A stretch of DNA of 64,000 nt, from positions 861,660 through 925,659 of the forward strand of contig NW_019091356.1 in NCBI RefSeq assembly GCF_001949145.1, read 5' to 3'. This stretch comes from Acanthaster planci (lineage: Eukaryota). Positions 36,801 to 62,334 of this stretch are shown here, one piece after another; within the stretch, counting starts at the first letter, position 1; each line of letters begins with the position of its first letter. The notes under the pieces were generated by a model that did no database searches, was not told the DNA's origin, and saw only the letters and a list, made by a program, of their open reading frames with translations. A program made the position numbers and the translations under genes.

Positions 36801-39800
36801 CTTCCCCAAGAGCGATGGAATTTCCTCCTCCACCTCAAAGAGAAATAAATGAAAGCACATTTTTTTGCTTCAGTGCTGAGTACACAAACGGAAAGTGGAT
36901 TTCAATTTATCTCTGCATATATTTTGTGTACATATTAACAGTCTATTTGTACTTTGGTAGGCATCTGCGTACTTGCCAGTTTCTGTGATATGTGATTCCA
37001 TGTCATTTGGAGCTGATACAGTAGGTATTGCCAGTGGTATTGATTGATATCAATTAGTCAAAAGATAAGTTTGTCCTGATAAAAGTATATTGGACTTGTA
37101 AACTTGCACAAAGCCAGTGTACATGTATGTGTAACCACATGCAACTGAATATGTGCACCGGTACCTACATGTATGTACACAAATCATTGTTGAAGATAAA
37201 CGCAGATGTCTTCCTTATACACAAGTACACAGATCCCATTAGATCCCAACTTTGCAGACTACCAAATTCTTACTTACTTTTTTACCACAGAAAAGCATTC
37301 ACAACTGCATTTGTGTACCAGTATTTCAATATTGGACTGTTGCGTACGTGTACAGTATGTTACTGACTGCTAAATTGAAGTGCCTCTCAGACTTGGATTT
37401 GAATCTTACCCAGGCAAACAGGTACCGTACAGGTGGATCAATTAGCCTAGATTTTACTTTTTAACCCTTCTTGATGGGTTTTTTAATTTTATATGCCAGA
37501 TTTTTCTGTATCGTAAAGTAAATTTTTTTATATTCCTGGTTGTTCGGGTCAAATTTTTGAAGAAAATCTTTGCTTACGAATTTGAAATGAAAAGCTTATA
37601 TATAGCATCATTGTACACTTTTATTCATTTTGCGGTACACCTACGTGCATGTTCACCTAATGGGGAATTTCTGTCTTTGTGTGTGGGCTTGGCACATATG
37701 CGACAGTGGTTACTACTGACTTACATGTGCACCAGTCTAACAAACTGATCATCATGCTTGAAGTGCTCCGACAAAAGGGCTGTTACAAAAATTGTGAACA
37801 ATTGTCTGCAGCAACACCCATTGGCATTGACGGAGGCCGTCTGTGAAAGCCTTTGAAGGGAATGCCGTTGTGCCATTTCCACGTCAGTATAAAAGACTAA
37901 AATATATACCACAGCAAATTCATCCATATTGTTACAGTCTAAAGTTGGACTCGTCCCACCTACTGTACATATCACACAACTTCATCTTTTGAGGAGTTAA
38001 GATGTTTGCTGGCACTACAGGGAAGGTAAAAATTGTTCAGCATTTTTGGAAACTAAACTTAAATAAACAGTAACTCTACTCACTGTAGACATAATGGACA
38101 TGTAGCCTACAGTAACCACATAGTGCACATTTCATATTCATGATGAATCAAGTTTTTTCCTCCGTGTATGTGACCTGATACACACCACTTCAATTGTGAC
38201 TCAACAGTGACTCAGTGACTTCACTTTGGGGCTTTGGATTTAGGCAAGTATAGTGGTTTCAGAGACATTCATAATTGGTTCACATGTGACATGTGACAGG
38301 TACATCATAGGGCCCGTACATGCGCATGTATGTCATGCATGTTGTAGAAAGTCATGCCAGTAAATTGTGAGATGGAAATTTTCTGGGTATTTGCACGGAG
38401 TAGGGCTAGAATCACATGAGTCATTTTAAGTTGTCTTCAATTTCTTAAATGAAATGTAATTCTGTCAAGGACGGACATGGTCACATGGATGTGGATAATT
38501 GCAGATTGAGATTGAATAACCAAGGATTAGAAGTCATTTTGGAATCATACTTGGTACATGAAAGCATATTGACGTGGCTTCTAAATGGTAAGTGTGTAAA
38601 CTGTACATGTACGTTGTATGTGTTAGTGTGATTTACACATTGGCCTTAATTCCTTCCAAAGAACCTTCTTGTTATTTATAAATCAATGCATGCACGCACT
38701 ATGCATTTCAAATTGGCTGGTTATTAAACTTCTGAGTTTCATCAAAATACTGCAAAATCAGGCATCGACCATCAATTATCGGGTTGATTTAAATGTGGTT
38801 TCACCTGAAAGTACTGGGGATCTACAAGTAGACTGCATTTATCATTATTTGGGGAGGGGGGGACGAGATTTTTCTGTTTCTTTTGTCCCTCACCCTTTAT
38901 ATTTACTCCATGTACATGTACGTGTTAATCCTCTAGTGCGGCCGGAATTTATGCCATTTGTGAACACAAATGGTAAACCACCAGGAACTTCCCTTTAGAA
39001 GTAATTATTTGTGCATTCCAAACTCATTTATAAGACTGGTTCAAAATTAACAGGAAAGTGAAAGGCGTGTGGATATCCGGGCGTCAACAATAGTTTAGCG
39101 TCAGATTTTTTCCATTGTGCTGTTCAATCAAGCATGAACATGGTTAGGAAGTTCAAAGCACTCGGGCATGACATGTAAAAAAGATTTTTCTCTTCTATTC
39201 CTAATATAAGAAAAAGATGCAAGAAAGAAAGACAATCTTTTGAAGTAGGTGGGGTCAGGGTACATGACTTTACCTTTGCACCAGCCTGGAAAAGTTGAGT
39301 AAAGAAAGTGGAGAAAAATTCCATGACCTAATGTACTAAAATCAGTTGAGAGATTCCTCAGAAGCCTGGAGGTCAGGTTGGCTCCTAACAAATGTTTACT
39401 GGAAATGAACAGGACATGTTAAAAGGGGTGCCCATGGAATTCAACTCAGCAATGACTGATGTTGCAGGTCAAGCAAGTCAACGATCTGCCACTTTATCAT
39501 GTTGTAGTTATGTGGTGTAGCGGCTGCAAGTAGAAAGCAACCAATGCATGTATTGGACAAATGATAAGAGTAACCAAACAGTTGCATCCTGATGGATTTT
39601 GGCAAGTTCTGGTCCCAGTCTGGTTGACACAGGTAAAGTGCCGTAGTAGTTCAGAGTGCACAAAAAGCCATATTTTATTCCTGTTCTCAGAAGTTAATTA
39701 GTTAATAAAACGTTAAGCATGCTTATTCTTTTAAAAGCTAAATCACTCTGACTACATTAACCTTGGTGCTAACTACAGCACCTATGATATATCGAAACAT

Positions 39801-42800
39801 AACATTTGGTTAATGTACATGTATTGTAAATTAGATAAAGTGGTCTCTTAACCTTTTTGGTTGGGCTACTCTACACTGAGATCAGGCAAATACATGTACA
39901 AATTATAATGTGGTTCTCTCTTCATACCCAAGAGACCTTTTTACTCAACGCACGCTATAGTGGATTTTGTATGGCTCAGTGTTCAACTATGTACATGTAC
40001 ATTACCGTACCATACAAGTGAATATAAGTACTATATGTTTGACCGGAGAGATTTTACCAAAAAAAACCCTGATGTTGTTTTCCTCTTCAAATGGGGAAAA
40101 TAACTGGAATTATGAGTACATTTATAAATGTGCGTGCTAACAAGAATAAAATTATATTAAGCATGTGAACGCAGTCTATTTTTATCTGGTATAACTTGCA
40201 TGTAAATAGGCATGTTTCATTGTCTGATTACCAAATGCAGATCAGCGTGCATGTTTGTCATAGCGTAGATTTTGTTGACACAAGTCCACAGTCCAATAGA
40301 AGAAGTCACAAAGGTGAATGCCGTCATTGTCAGATAAACTCGGATCGTTGTTTGTCAATTGGTCATTGTAGTGGCTTTTACAAGTCTCTCCAACTGTGAC
40401 TCGGATTTCTCATATACAAATCCAATATTGTGTGAAATTATTTACTTCAAAACAGACCAGACCTGACCTAGGACAAGCTTCGATGTTTTGTCTGACCTCC
40501 CCTGTACTATTATAGATTTAGTTTTGTTATATAATTTAACGTAACATGCACAGTATGGCAGTAAACCTGAAACAAAATTATTACGGAACTTCCTTATGTA
40601 ATTAAATGCAAATTTGAAATGAAAGCGAAAGATTTAACCCCTGAAAACAGTCCAACCATTCTTTAAAATGGAAGTGTATTTCATATTTGTGTTAGCCCAG
40701 TGGGCTTTCTATGAAGTCAGACGCTAATGCACCAAATTGCTATTGTTGAAACTTTCTGTGTGCTTGGCTTTACATGTATCTATGTGGTGGTTCTGGCCAC
40801 ATGTATACATATTTCCATTTTTTCGTTTCAACTTTTCAGACTTCCCTATTCTGGCTCCATTAACGTCATGATAAACCAGTGTTTTTGTAAATTCTCGGTG
40901 CATAGGAGCTGCTTCCGATAACATGAGAAAGTACACAGACGTAGATTTCATGAGAGTTCATTAGAAGCAAGTTTTTGTTCACCACAGAGTCTTCAAGTTC
41001 ATGTGTGTTTAAATGGCCTTTAAACCCTTGGCGTGGTTGTTAGAAATCTTGCTGAATCTGTCATTTGTCAATCTCTTCCGGGGATATATTCATTAAAAAT
41101 AAGTCATCAAGTCCCCAGAAAACTTGAGTGGCTTTGCTGCTCTTCCCTGAACCTATCCATTGAGACATTGTAAAGAAAAAACCAAATCTATTTGCTTAAG
41201 TTTGACAGGAGTTAGGGATGCAATGTAAGCTGTATTTTTTGTTTCACCCAGGAACAGTGGCAAAGTTTGAAACATTACAAATACAGCAACATCATAAGTG
41301 TCTCATGAATTGATCCATGCTGCAACTTTTGTATTTTTTTGTTTGGTTTTGGTTGTGATCGCCAGCATGTTCCGAAGTCCGTCATTGATGAAAAGGAAAC
41401 ACATTACGCACAGAGGGCCACGTTTGTTTATCTTACCGTCTGACACAGGCCTGTATGCATTTCTGGTGGCGCAAACAGAATAATTGCCACTTAAAGGAAA
41501 CTGTTCAGGCATTGATTTGAAATTTCCTGTTTTGATGAGATAAAAAATTTCAGTGAAGGGCAGTCAAGCAAGACTGGGATAGTTCTTCATCTCTATCATA
41601 ATATCAGAGCCGATTGTATCTAATTCTAATAGGAAACCCAGCAGGACAGAGTATTACTGTACATGCCAGACGGCTTGTGAGAGAAGGGTAAAAGTAGATC
41701 CAACTTCTAGCTGGAGAAGAGAACAACTAATATTTTTTAGAAATGATGTTGAAAGTGCATGCTACATTTGTATAGCAATCTTACCAATGCTCACAATTTT
41801 TATTTTGTGAGTTCCTTCTCCCGTTCCTTTCATGGTAGCCCTACAACCATAGAGGAAGGAAAACAGTCCTGTTATAGAACTCACATGTAGGCGCTGCTGT
41901 GTCCCCTTGCATTCTGTACAATACATGTAGGTCTGGTTCCATTGAAATGTTTTTTTCTCCCCTTTTTTTGGGGGGGGGCACCTGCTGTTGTGTTGTCGCT
42001 TTGTGCAGATGAATAAAAGTTTGGCAGAGCTAGTTTACCTTCATTCATTTGCCCATAAAGAAACGGAAAAGCTGCCCATAAAGCCAAGTACAGTAATTCA
42101 GTTATTTGGAAGGGTTTTCCGTCTCAATGAGGTGACAAAATTGAGTGTGTGGGTGTTTGCAGGTGGACTGGCCACTCCTTTTTCGCAGGTGAAATCACGG
42201 TAAATAATTGTAGTTTTTTTCTTTTTTTTTTTCTTTTTCATGTACATGTAGGTTGTGACTGTATGTACATGTATGCAATCTTGTTACCAGAAAGTGGGTC
42301 CACACATGCCTTACATTGTGTTGTCATGGACAACTTAGTCCAGATTTCCTTAATAAAATGTAGTAGAAATCTCTTCCACTATGCCAGTGGGGTCCTGCTT
42401 AGAGCACTTGACATGTACGTTAACATACATGTAATTACAAGTCCAGTCTTCCTCTAGTCCAATTTTAAACCCCAGGCCTGCACTGACAATATCAACCAAC
42501 ACTACCTGCTGGCCTAGCATCTGTAATCCCCACCTGTACTATGGTTCAACAGAACCCTGAAGCATTTTTACTTGGAGAGTTGTTAACAATAGAATAGCTT
42601 TTTGTTGTTTGTTTTGTTCACATTCTTCAGTTTGGACCTCCAGACTCTTTCCTTTCAGGTCCCCTTTCACAAATGGTCCAGCCTTCACATAAAATCAGTC
42701 ATTTTTAGTTGTGTTTGGGGCGAGGTGGCAAACAGCCCTGAGTCAGAGGTTACATGTACAGTGTACAGTGTCCCAATGAAAATACACGTCCAACAAAGTA

Positions 42801-43725
42801 CCAGTCATGTGCATGTGCAGTATACATGTATGTTGTTAATCCAAATCAAGGGATATGTTGGATCTTACTAGTTATCTTACAGGTGATCCATTTCATTTCC
42901 CCTTCTTTAAAGTCTGTATTTTTTCCCAGGAATCCAGCCATGAGACTGACAATTTTAGACCCACGTACATGTTGCATATTACACACTAAAGTAAAGGAAG
43001 AATATTGTCTGGCCTCGCAATTTGTTTATATACAAATTGACAAAATACGCATGTCCCAGCTTGGAACAGAATATTGGGAAATGGATGAAATGTACAGTAC
43101 CGTATGTACATGTTCTCGTGTAGAATGCCCATTTGAAACTAGATTTAGCTGTAGGTACAATATGTTTTGTGTGAGTTTTTGGATTGGATGAGCTGCAGTA
43201 CTTCTCAGTTATTGAGATTGTGGATTTGGTGATTTTGTTCATACCCAGTTTGATGCACTTATTACACACATCCAGCATTTTCCAAAAGCAACAGTGAAAA
43301 AAACAAGAGAATGTAACAAAAAACTGTTGACTTTGGGTGTGTGGCACATGACAGAGTCAAACTAAACAGATCCCTTGCATCCACCAACTAGTACCAGGTA
43401 CAAGCACATTTTAAAGTCTTACGGCTCTGAGTGTACTGGAGCATTTGCAGTTTGCTGTGCTCCATTGACATTCTTTAACTGTCTCTTTAGCGTGATCATG
43501 ATTTCAATTTTGCATGCATGGTTTTTGTCCCATCATGATGCTTCCATTTCTAATGTGACATTCTTGCACCGCCCCCCCTCCTCGCACCTGCAGGTTTATG
43601 TGGTATATCTCCTCCCCCCCACAGCCAAGCCTTGAGATTTCTCCACCGCTTCTTCCTTCTACCTCTCTCTGCCTCATCTCTTTTGTCCGTGACTGCTTCC
43701 GAGGAACGAACGTCAGGATTCCAAA

Positions 43726-43737
43726 ATGGCTGACCAG
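43726..43737 (+). CDS. Candidate alternative first coding exon of coronin (MADQ)
   Basis: ccaaaATGGCTGACCAG|gtagag: strong Kozak context, phase 0, in frame with GAC ATG CCC at 49263; preceded by a CT-rich tract (43600-43690). Confidence 0.4.
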
Positions 43738-46700
43738 GTAGAGAGACATGCATCTTGAGGAGAGAGGACAAAAACCCAGAAAGCAGCATAACATTTGGCA
43801 CTTGGAATGTTTGTCTGCCATTTTCAGCTTTGTTTCTGAGTCTCACTAATTTGGTTTTCATATTTTCAGTTCTTGTTCATTTTAGTTTGCACAATGCCAG
43901 GCTCGTTTGGTACCATGCTTCATTTTGCATCTTCTTTCATTTTATTCCTCCGCATGTTTCAGTCGGTCACTTTGGATGCATGTTGGTACAAACTCCTTCA
44001 CAATTCATGCATGTATTTGATCAATTTTCCAAAGTTTTAAAATCAAGAGGTCCATATTTTCTCTCCAGATAGCTCTGTAATTGTCTCATCGATGTCTACA
44101 TGTGCACACTCAGGTTTCTTCACACTAACCAAGGCAGCATTTTTTTCTTTAATTCAAGAATATCGTGTTCATGATCAACAAACATCGGTCATTATTTTGC
44201 AGTGATGTCCACATGAATTCTAACTCTTGCACTCAAACCTAGATTTACATTGTAGGTTTAGATTTCTTGAACTAAATGCAAGTGTTTCAAATCGTCTTTC
44301 ACTGTTTAAAGGGTGCACCAATTAAACAAAAATCTATTTTCAATAGTTTCACTTTTCGCACGGTTTGAGTATTGATTTATTTTTTTATCAAAGTAGTGTC
44401 ACTTCTTGTCAAGTTTCCAGAACACCAAAATGACTTGTTCATAATAAACTTGCAAATACTAATAAAAGACATTGTTTCATGTACACCATTACTCCATAAA
44501 CACACTGCAATTTGGACCAAACCAACTTATCAGGTTACTCGAATGAATCTTTTTTCCATTTTTTTTCAGAACTGTTGGCAAATTCGTTTGAAAGAGCTTT
44601 GGAAAGTTCCATGAACTTAAAGCATTTCTCTCTAAAGTACTGTTTAGGTTAATGAGGAATTTGTCAATTTCCCAAATAACTTTGTTCACTGCTTTTTGCA
44701 CGAAATGTGGATGTTCTTCTCTATTTTAATCACCTGTCGTGCACCTAAACTAACATCATTTTAGTCACGAGATTACTAATGTATAAGTTTTCAGTATGGT
44801 CACTACTGACATTTATGATGGACTTGGCCAGAAACCTGATTAATTTCATCTTTACTGCCAGTATATTTCCTCTCAGTTACAGAATGCATCCAAAGTGAAT
44901 GTCCCATGATCATTTGTTCCAGTTTTTTTGCAGGTTTTTTTTGTCCTGCTCTGAAAACACTAAAAAGCAGAGTCAGTGCAGTGTCAGCCTTCAAAGTGCT
45001 CCCCCCCCCCAAAAAAAAAGCCAGGAAAGAAAGAAAATTAGAAAGGGCTTGTTGCTGTGTGCACTTCCAAAATGGCAGCAAAATTCTAAGAGTCTAGTAC
45101 TGGTATAAGCTTAACTAAAGACCTCAACACACAAAAAAGGAAGAAAAAAAAAGATGCAAGGTGTTAGAATTTGCCACTTCTTCGGACACCATCTCCTCCA
45201 TTTTTACTTCAAGTGCCCTTTTATTTCCCTGAAGGCTCATGCAATAACTTGCAGTGCCAATGGAACCAGTGTGAGTACTGCCTCTGTGACAGATGAGGTT
45301 CAATCAACCGTTGCACTTCAGTGCTATTTGTGCCATGCTTCCATGCTCATGTGCAAATCTGATGAAATGATGATGTGCTGAGGTTGTGCACATTCAGTTG
45401 AAAACTGGCTCTTTACCATTCCAGTCTGTAAACCAGTGTGCCTATACCATTGTTCTTTATGCTGTCTTTTCATGCTACCTTCAAGTCCTGCGTAGAGTCT
45501 GCAAAAATGCATTTGTGTTCCATGAAACCCACAACATAGCAATTGAGAAAAAGGTTGCTCATATGGGATAACATGACTGCTTGGAGTTGTTCTGGTGGTA
45601 TAAGTTTGACAAATTGCAGACTGAAATCCATGTCTCAAACTGTTCAACTTTTTATGCACAACTAAGACTATTCTCCAATGCATTGTGGTTCTGCATGCCT
45701 CGTGTATTCACAGGAGCCTTTTCAGCATGTTGACAGACTCTGTCTTCCTGGCAACGAGACTTGATCAGTCGCTAGCAACAACACTGCCATTTGAGCCGTT
45801 TGGACAACTGAAAGCTTTAAGCAACTTCACTGTAGCTTGGAATCCTGGGAAGGGTTCCCACTTTGCCACAGAATGAATGACATGATTTTCAGGATGACAA
45901 TCCTGATTGCATTTAGCTTACAAACAAAACCCTTGCCGAGATATTCCCTCCTCCAAGGACCAGCTGTGTTTCCTTTCATTACATGACAAACTCTCAGAAG
46001 AAAAAAACGCTTGTCTCGCCCTGGGTAGCTTTCTTTCTCTTGGTAGTGGTACAACCATTCTCGCACCGTAATAATTTATTTGTTATTTATGAAACTGAAA
46101 GAACTCATGCTGTTTTACATGCCGATGCAAATGTAAAAGCTTAAAACAAATCCAAGCAAAAAGGGAAACAAAACGTGTCAAAGTGGTCTTCAGAATCACA
46201 TTTAGGGTTTTTGTTTCATTTCAACAATGAACCAAAGAAAAAAACGGAAGTTTGACTTTTTAAAAACAACTTTATGAAAATGTACAGCATTTTAATTAAT
46301 GAAACATATTTCTGTGTATTTATCTGTATTTCTGCAGTGTATTTTTAGTCACATGATTTTGTAGATTCTGGTATGTTTACAGTCATGTTGAACAGCTTCA
46401 AAACATGAAAACATTGGAAGGCCTAACCTCTTTGCCAACAACTAGTCAATAGAACACCTAGTTAGAACACCTTGTTACTACAATTTTTTTTTAAACCTAC
46501 AATGGTAGGTTTTATTGTTGACAAGGAGTCAAGCCACTTTCATCCCAGTACCCTGAAGATTGCTCCAAAGACAGATGTAATTTTAAACTTGTCCCAGCAC
46601 ATCGAAACTACTTAAACATATGCATTGCTTTGATGCATCAATACGTGTACCCTGCAAGTTTGAGTTTGTCAAATCAGAATTCCGGTATGCAAAAAGCTTT

Positions 46701-49265
46701 GCGCTTATAGACTGCATAATTTGCAAAAGAAATGCTGCCATTCTTATTTTTTCATCAGACAAAAGCGATACATTTACACTTCTGGGTATTGATTTGCCAT
46801 CAGTGTCACGGAGGTCAGATGAATATGGGAAGGATTAGTCCGAGAGTAATCCTATTACGACCTGGCTACACCCGTCTAGGTCGGTGTTGACGCAGGAGGA
46901 GTCCATTTCGGCCACAGACATGAAGGCATTTTCACAGAGCCCCTAATCAGAAATTCTGCTGAGTTCAAGCAATGTTGCTTAGCAAAAGAGGTTTGCTAGC
47001 CAAAATGCTTAGCACTGTTCACCCAAAATCTTACTGTCATAATATATTTTGTCAGAGAGGCTATCGTACATGTACGCCAAATGGCCGGCTGCTCTGTTAG
47101 CAATTTAATTTCCGATTGCTTCCACAAACCACATGGTTAGTGTAGAGCCAGTCTAGACGGGTTCTGATTGCTTGACACTTGAGGTGTCCCCGCACTGTCA
47201 AATGCCTTCTCCGGGGTGAATACAGGCGCATTGATATCCTTTGAATATGTTAAAACAGGAAAAAACGGATCTCTTGAAAACATGCTCACGTTTAACGCTA
47301 CATTGGATTCCAACATTGGTCAGTGGCCTCTGCCCATTGAGCCCTCAACAAAAGCTGAATCAATATTGAGCTAGCCATGGCCTGGGAACAACAGGCTTGA
47401 GGCAAAGCCTGGAGGTCAATTCTGAACAGGATGATAATGAATGATATAATTTATCTCGTTACCACAGAATAATGGAGAGAACGCTGGGTGGCATGTGTAA
47501 AGAGGGTCCGTAAAAATTAATGAAATGTTTAAATTGAAAAAGAACTTGTGGACATGGCTAGTTCTCTGAAATGTAAAAATTCAAAAAATGAAAATTTTTG
47601 TAAATCCATTTTAATTTCTTTTATTTTAAAAAAAAGTATGGAATTAACGCAAAAACTCCTGGGTGAGATGAGAAACAAGAGAATAGTCCTGCTTAGGCCT
47701 CAATGGGATGAGGAGATTCTGTAGGTCACTCAAGGGTAGATGACAATATGAAATGAATAAAAAATAAGATATTGACACATTGGCAATACTTGACTTGCTT
47801 ATGACTTGACTTGATATGATTAATGCCCTGATTTTTTTTTTTTTGAGGGGTGGGGAAGAGACTTGGCTCATTTTGAAAATTCAGGAGAAATGGTGGCAAA
47901 ATGACCCAAGTTGTGCCAGATTGAAAAAAATGTGAAAGAAAATTCGTGGAACGATGGTGATTGACTTATGAGTGAGAAACAGAAATGCAAATTTTGTGGT
48001 TGAAAGAAATTGCTGATGCTCTTTGCCTCAGTTTTCAGACCTCATCGCATACACAAGCTAAATCAGTGCGGTGTCCCTTGTACATACAATTAACCTTTGT
48101 GTTAGTCTAAATATGACCCTGGCGATTGTTTGTCATGTTTTGTCCAACCTAAGCCTTGTAGAGAGCGAACCTCTTACAAGGATTACATATTGATCCACGG
48201 TGGTATTGAGTTTCCATGTTTGCAGACAGAATGTGTTATGGTGTCTACTTGTACAGTTAATGTTCCTCGACTCTGACATCCACTGCATTCTAAACATATC
48301 TCATGGATACAGTTCATGGGCTACTTTTATTAAGGATTTGTTTTCTTAGGTTATAATGGAGTCAGATGAGCGTCTGCCGTTTGAATATGTGTAAGTGACG
48401 GTGAGTTTATTTCACATGTAAGATTTGACTTTGGCAAGCATCACACAGGCAGGTAGCCAACAATTCATTTGCTTAATTTCAGTGGGGAACCAGCCACAGG
48501 CAATGTGAATGGAACAGCAGTTTTGGCCCGAAACCCTTTTTCTTTGGCTAAATCTGTAATTTCTTTGCCCAACCATTTTCTCTGCTTGACAGCTTCATGT
48601 TTACCTTCACATTGCGAAGGAGGTACTGTCGCATCAAAATGACTTGGCTACGCCTTAAATAATTGGCATACATGTACATGGAAGCCATTGGCTAGCGCTT
48701 AGTCGTAGCCATGTAACACAAATGCGACCTTTGCTTGGTTGAGTAGATGAGAGAGCACTCTCGGCCTTTCTTGCATGGACCCTGTGCATCTACATCAGCC
48801 AAAGGATTTGGACTCTGTCCGTTTCCAGCCTGCTGTTAAAATAATTAATGTTTCAGTTCAAAAATGTTGCCAACCACTTGACCAGTAAGAAACACAATAC
48901 CACATGTCACAGTATTGTACGGTACCAGATCACAACTTGCTTTACTCTGGTGATTCATGGCTTTCATGCATTTCCCAAGCAAACCAGCAAATCCTTGAGA
49001 GATTGGTCAAGTTCAAGTTGGAGATTGATTTTGTTTTTCAAATCTTTGGTCTGTTGCTGTAAAATGGCCAAATGTTGCCTTTTTGTACGTGTGTTTCTGC
49101 TCCTGCTGCTGATTTCAAGATTAATCATGATGGTGCATGTTATCACGAAGTTCTTGATTCAGTTAGATTTCCAGGACTTTCTGCTTTCAAGTGCCCCTCA
49201 GTTTTCTATTTGTTTGTCGTAACTGTTCTAATGCATCTTGCATGTTATCCTTGTGTCTCCAGGAC

Positions 49266-59725
<10,460 letters not shown>

Positions 59726-61844
59726 GGTCTATCTTAAGTCTCTCCCATGTGGCAGGCCACCAAGAGAGGGCGCCATATAGTTTGGCCAGTCTCGAAAGAG
59801 TGCCCATCATCCCAAACGTCTTTTTATTGTGTACAGAGTACAAATACAAAGAATGTACAGTGTCTTCTGTGGCCATACAGTCATTATTTGGAATATTGCT
59901 GAAAGTGACGGCCAAATCAGTTGAAATATTGTCTGACGGTCAAGTGGACTTGGCCGAGAATAATTTGAGGCCTTTCTCTCGGCTGGCAAAACTCGGATTC
60001 CAGCTTTGAAAGTAAGCGTGTTTATTTGGTGCCTGATAGTTAAAGCAGGATATAAGTTTCCTTGTGTTGTCGTTTGTAAATTTCTGGCTTTTGACAGAGC
60101 TGAACGCATTTAATCTTTGACATCCTTGGGACCTTTCATAGAGCGTTCTAAGCAGTGAAATAATGCTTACTTGGGCAGATATCTGCTTAGCTGTAAAAGG
60201 CTCCAAGGAAAAGAAGATAGGATCACGAGAAGGTCAAAAGTTGAGGATTTGAGTTTTCAGAGAATGAGTTTGCTTAGATGAAGAAAATGCCAATCTTATG
60301 GCCGTCTTATTTCTCAACTTGAATCACCTTCCAAATTAACGAGAAGTCAATTTACATTTTTTTCTTTCAGGAAAGTGTAACATTAGGGAGCTTTGTTGTC
60401 AAAATCATAGGTTTTATTATGTTGAAGTAAAAAATTTCTGTAATGCCTACTTAAAAGGAAATTTATGTCTGATAAGTTGTAGTAAATGCTAGTATGTGTA
60501 TAAATGATGCACAGGTCAAAGGTCATTTGCCTCTCAGAATAGGAAGAACATGGATTTAATTTTTTTTCTGTCAAAGCTCAGTTATGTGATTGAGTTGAGC
60601 AAATTCCTCAAGATAATAGGACCAAATTTGTATTATTTGGGAAGTTATGTCTTTTTCAAAAACATTGTGGAACTGATGTTCACATATTTCCCCAGGTTTT
60701 TTTAATCCTTTTATGTAGGCAGACTTTACACGTCAGATTACATTGGATTCAGCAGGTTTTTCATTGACTTTTTGTTGGCTGGAGTAAAATATAGGAGTTT
60801 TCCTGGTGAAATCCTTAAGAGTGTTGGGCTTGAGACAAGTAAGTACCCGTAGGTACCGGTTAGGAACAGCTTGAGCAAGTCTTTTTTCTTCTGAAATGTT
60901 ACACTATAACTGGGACATCTAGGATTGGGGGGGGGATGGCAGGGGAAATATGAAGGGACAGTGTCAGTAAAAAGGTTTCCCACCTCTACATGTATGTGGT
61001 ATTTTCATTTTGATTTGAAATCTTTGATAATTTAGCGGCACTTCCATGTTTTTTCTATTAGAGATATCTAATGTCTTCATTGACAATTATTTGGAGTGCA
61101 TCACTCACGGAATGTGAAGAAAAGGCTCCATCTCTACCTCTAATTTTTTGTCTATGCAATCTGTCTATCTGTCTGTACATCCACAACTTGTTCTCAGAAT
61201 TCTGTCCTCTCAGTCAATGTTTTGTTGTGAATTCTAAAAACATGACTTCCTTTCAATTTTTGGTTGAACCTTAAAGAAACCTGGATTCTTCAGTTAAACA
61301 TTGAGGCGAACATTTATGATATAAACCATCTGTTGTTACCAGTGCAAAATTTATGATTGTAGATCGATACCAAAGTGGGGAGTTCATCGACCATAGAAAT
61401 GACAAAAGTTGCCATTGCATCCTTGGAACTCTTTTTGGCTCTGTTCAAACCGATTCTCTGACGTTGAACATGTTAACATAAATGTTGCAAGGAGGCATTT
61501 GTGAAGCACAGGTTCTTTGTTCGTCAGGCCGCAGTATAAGTGAAAATTCCCACCTCAGTGGTTTTGATGTCTTTTGTTGTTATTGCTAATAAAAACTTGT
61601 AAAATATCCTGTTTGTTTTTAATCTCTGGGTAGCTGTTGTGAGTTTAGGTGTGAAATAGTTCAAAAAGAACCTTTTCCAGGACTGAAGAACAATACCTGT
61701 TTGATCTTCAGACTCCAGTTTTTAAAAATCATTGGATTATAGAGGATGTGACTGTTGATTTTTGTATCAGACCTGGCAGGCAGTGTTACCAAAGATCGTA
61801 TAGCGCTGCGTAGTGGCACAAGATGGGGAACTTCTGCGTAAAAC

Positions 61845-61972
61845 GTTATCACATGGGCGCCATTCTGGTTGGACTACGCCTGCGCAGTGCATGTTAATGC
61901 ACAGGTGCAGGCGCCGCCACTGGCATGCACACACAGTAATGTTCACACTCGAATGGCGCCCATGGTGAGAAC
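61845..61972. repeat. Short inverted-repeat element (mini-MITE-like)
   Basis: catgggcgccattc (61852-61865) is the exact reverse complement of gaatggcgcccatg (61951-61964); the match extends imperfectly about 7 bp outward. Confidence 0.6.
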
Positions 61973-62119
61973 ACCTTTATGGTGGAATTACCCATCTTGC
62001 GCTGCTAGGCGGCACTATATAATCTTTGGTGTTATTGTGTTTTGTGACATGTTATCTGTACTTAATATATATAGGATAGAATGATATTTTTCCATTGCAG
62101 GAAAAGGCAATTACTAAAT

Positions 62120-62334
62120 GGGCCCAATTTCTTGGCTCTGCTGAAAAGTGCTGCTCATTTGATGCTCATGGATCATTCTATGCTTACTGCAGTAGCATGA
62201 GAATTCTATGCCAAATATGTAAGCACAGTATCCCTCTGTTAAGACAGAATTTCATTCTATGAAAAATGGTAGCATTTCTGCTTTAATTAGTAAAGATCCG
62301 TCGCTTACAGTCAGCACTGCTTTGAAATTGGCCC
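62120..62334. mobile_element. Degenerate MITE with GGGC(C)CAATTTC termini
   Basis: Left end gggcccaatttcttggctctgctg; right end cagcactgctttgaaattggccc (imperfect reverse complement). Confidence 0.5.

Noticed and set aside
46861..47162. Possible inverted-repeat element (acccgtctag / ctagacgggt)
   Set aside because: Only 10 bp match and the flanks do not extend consistently.
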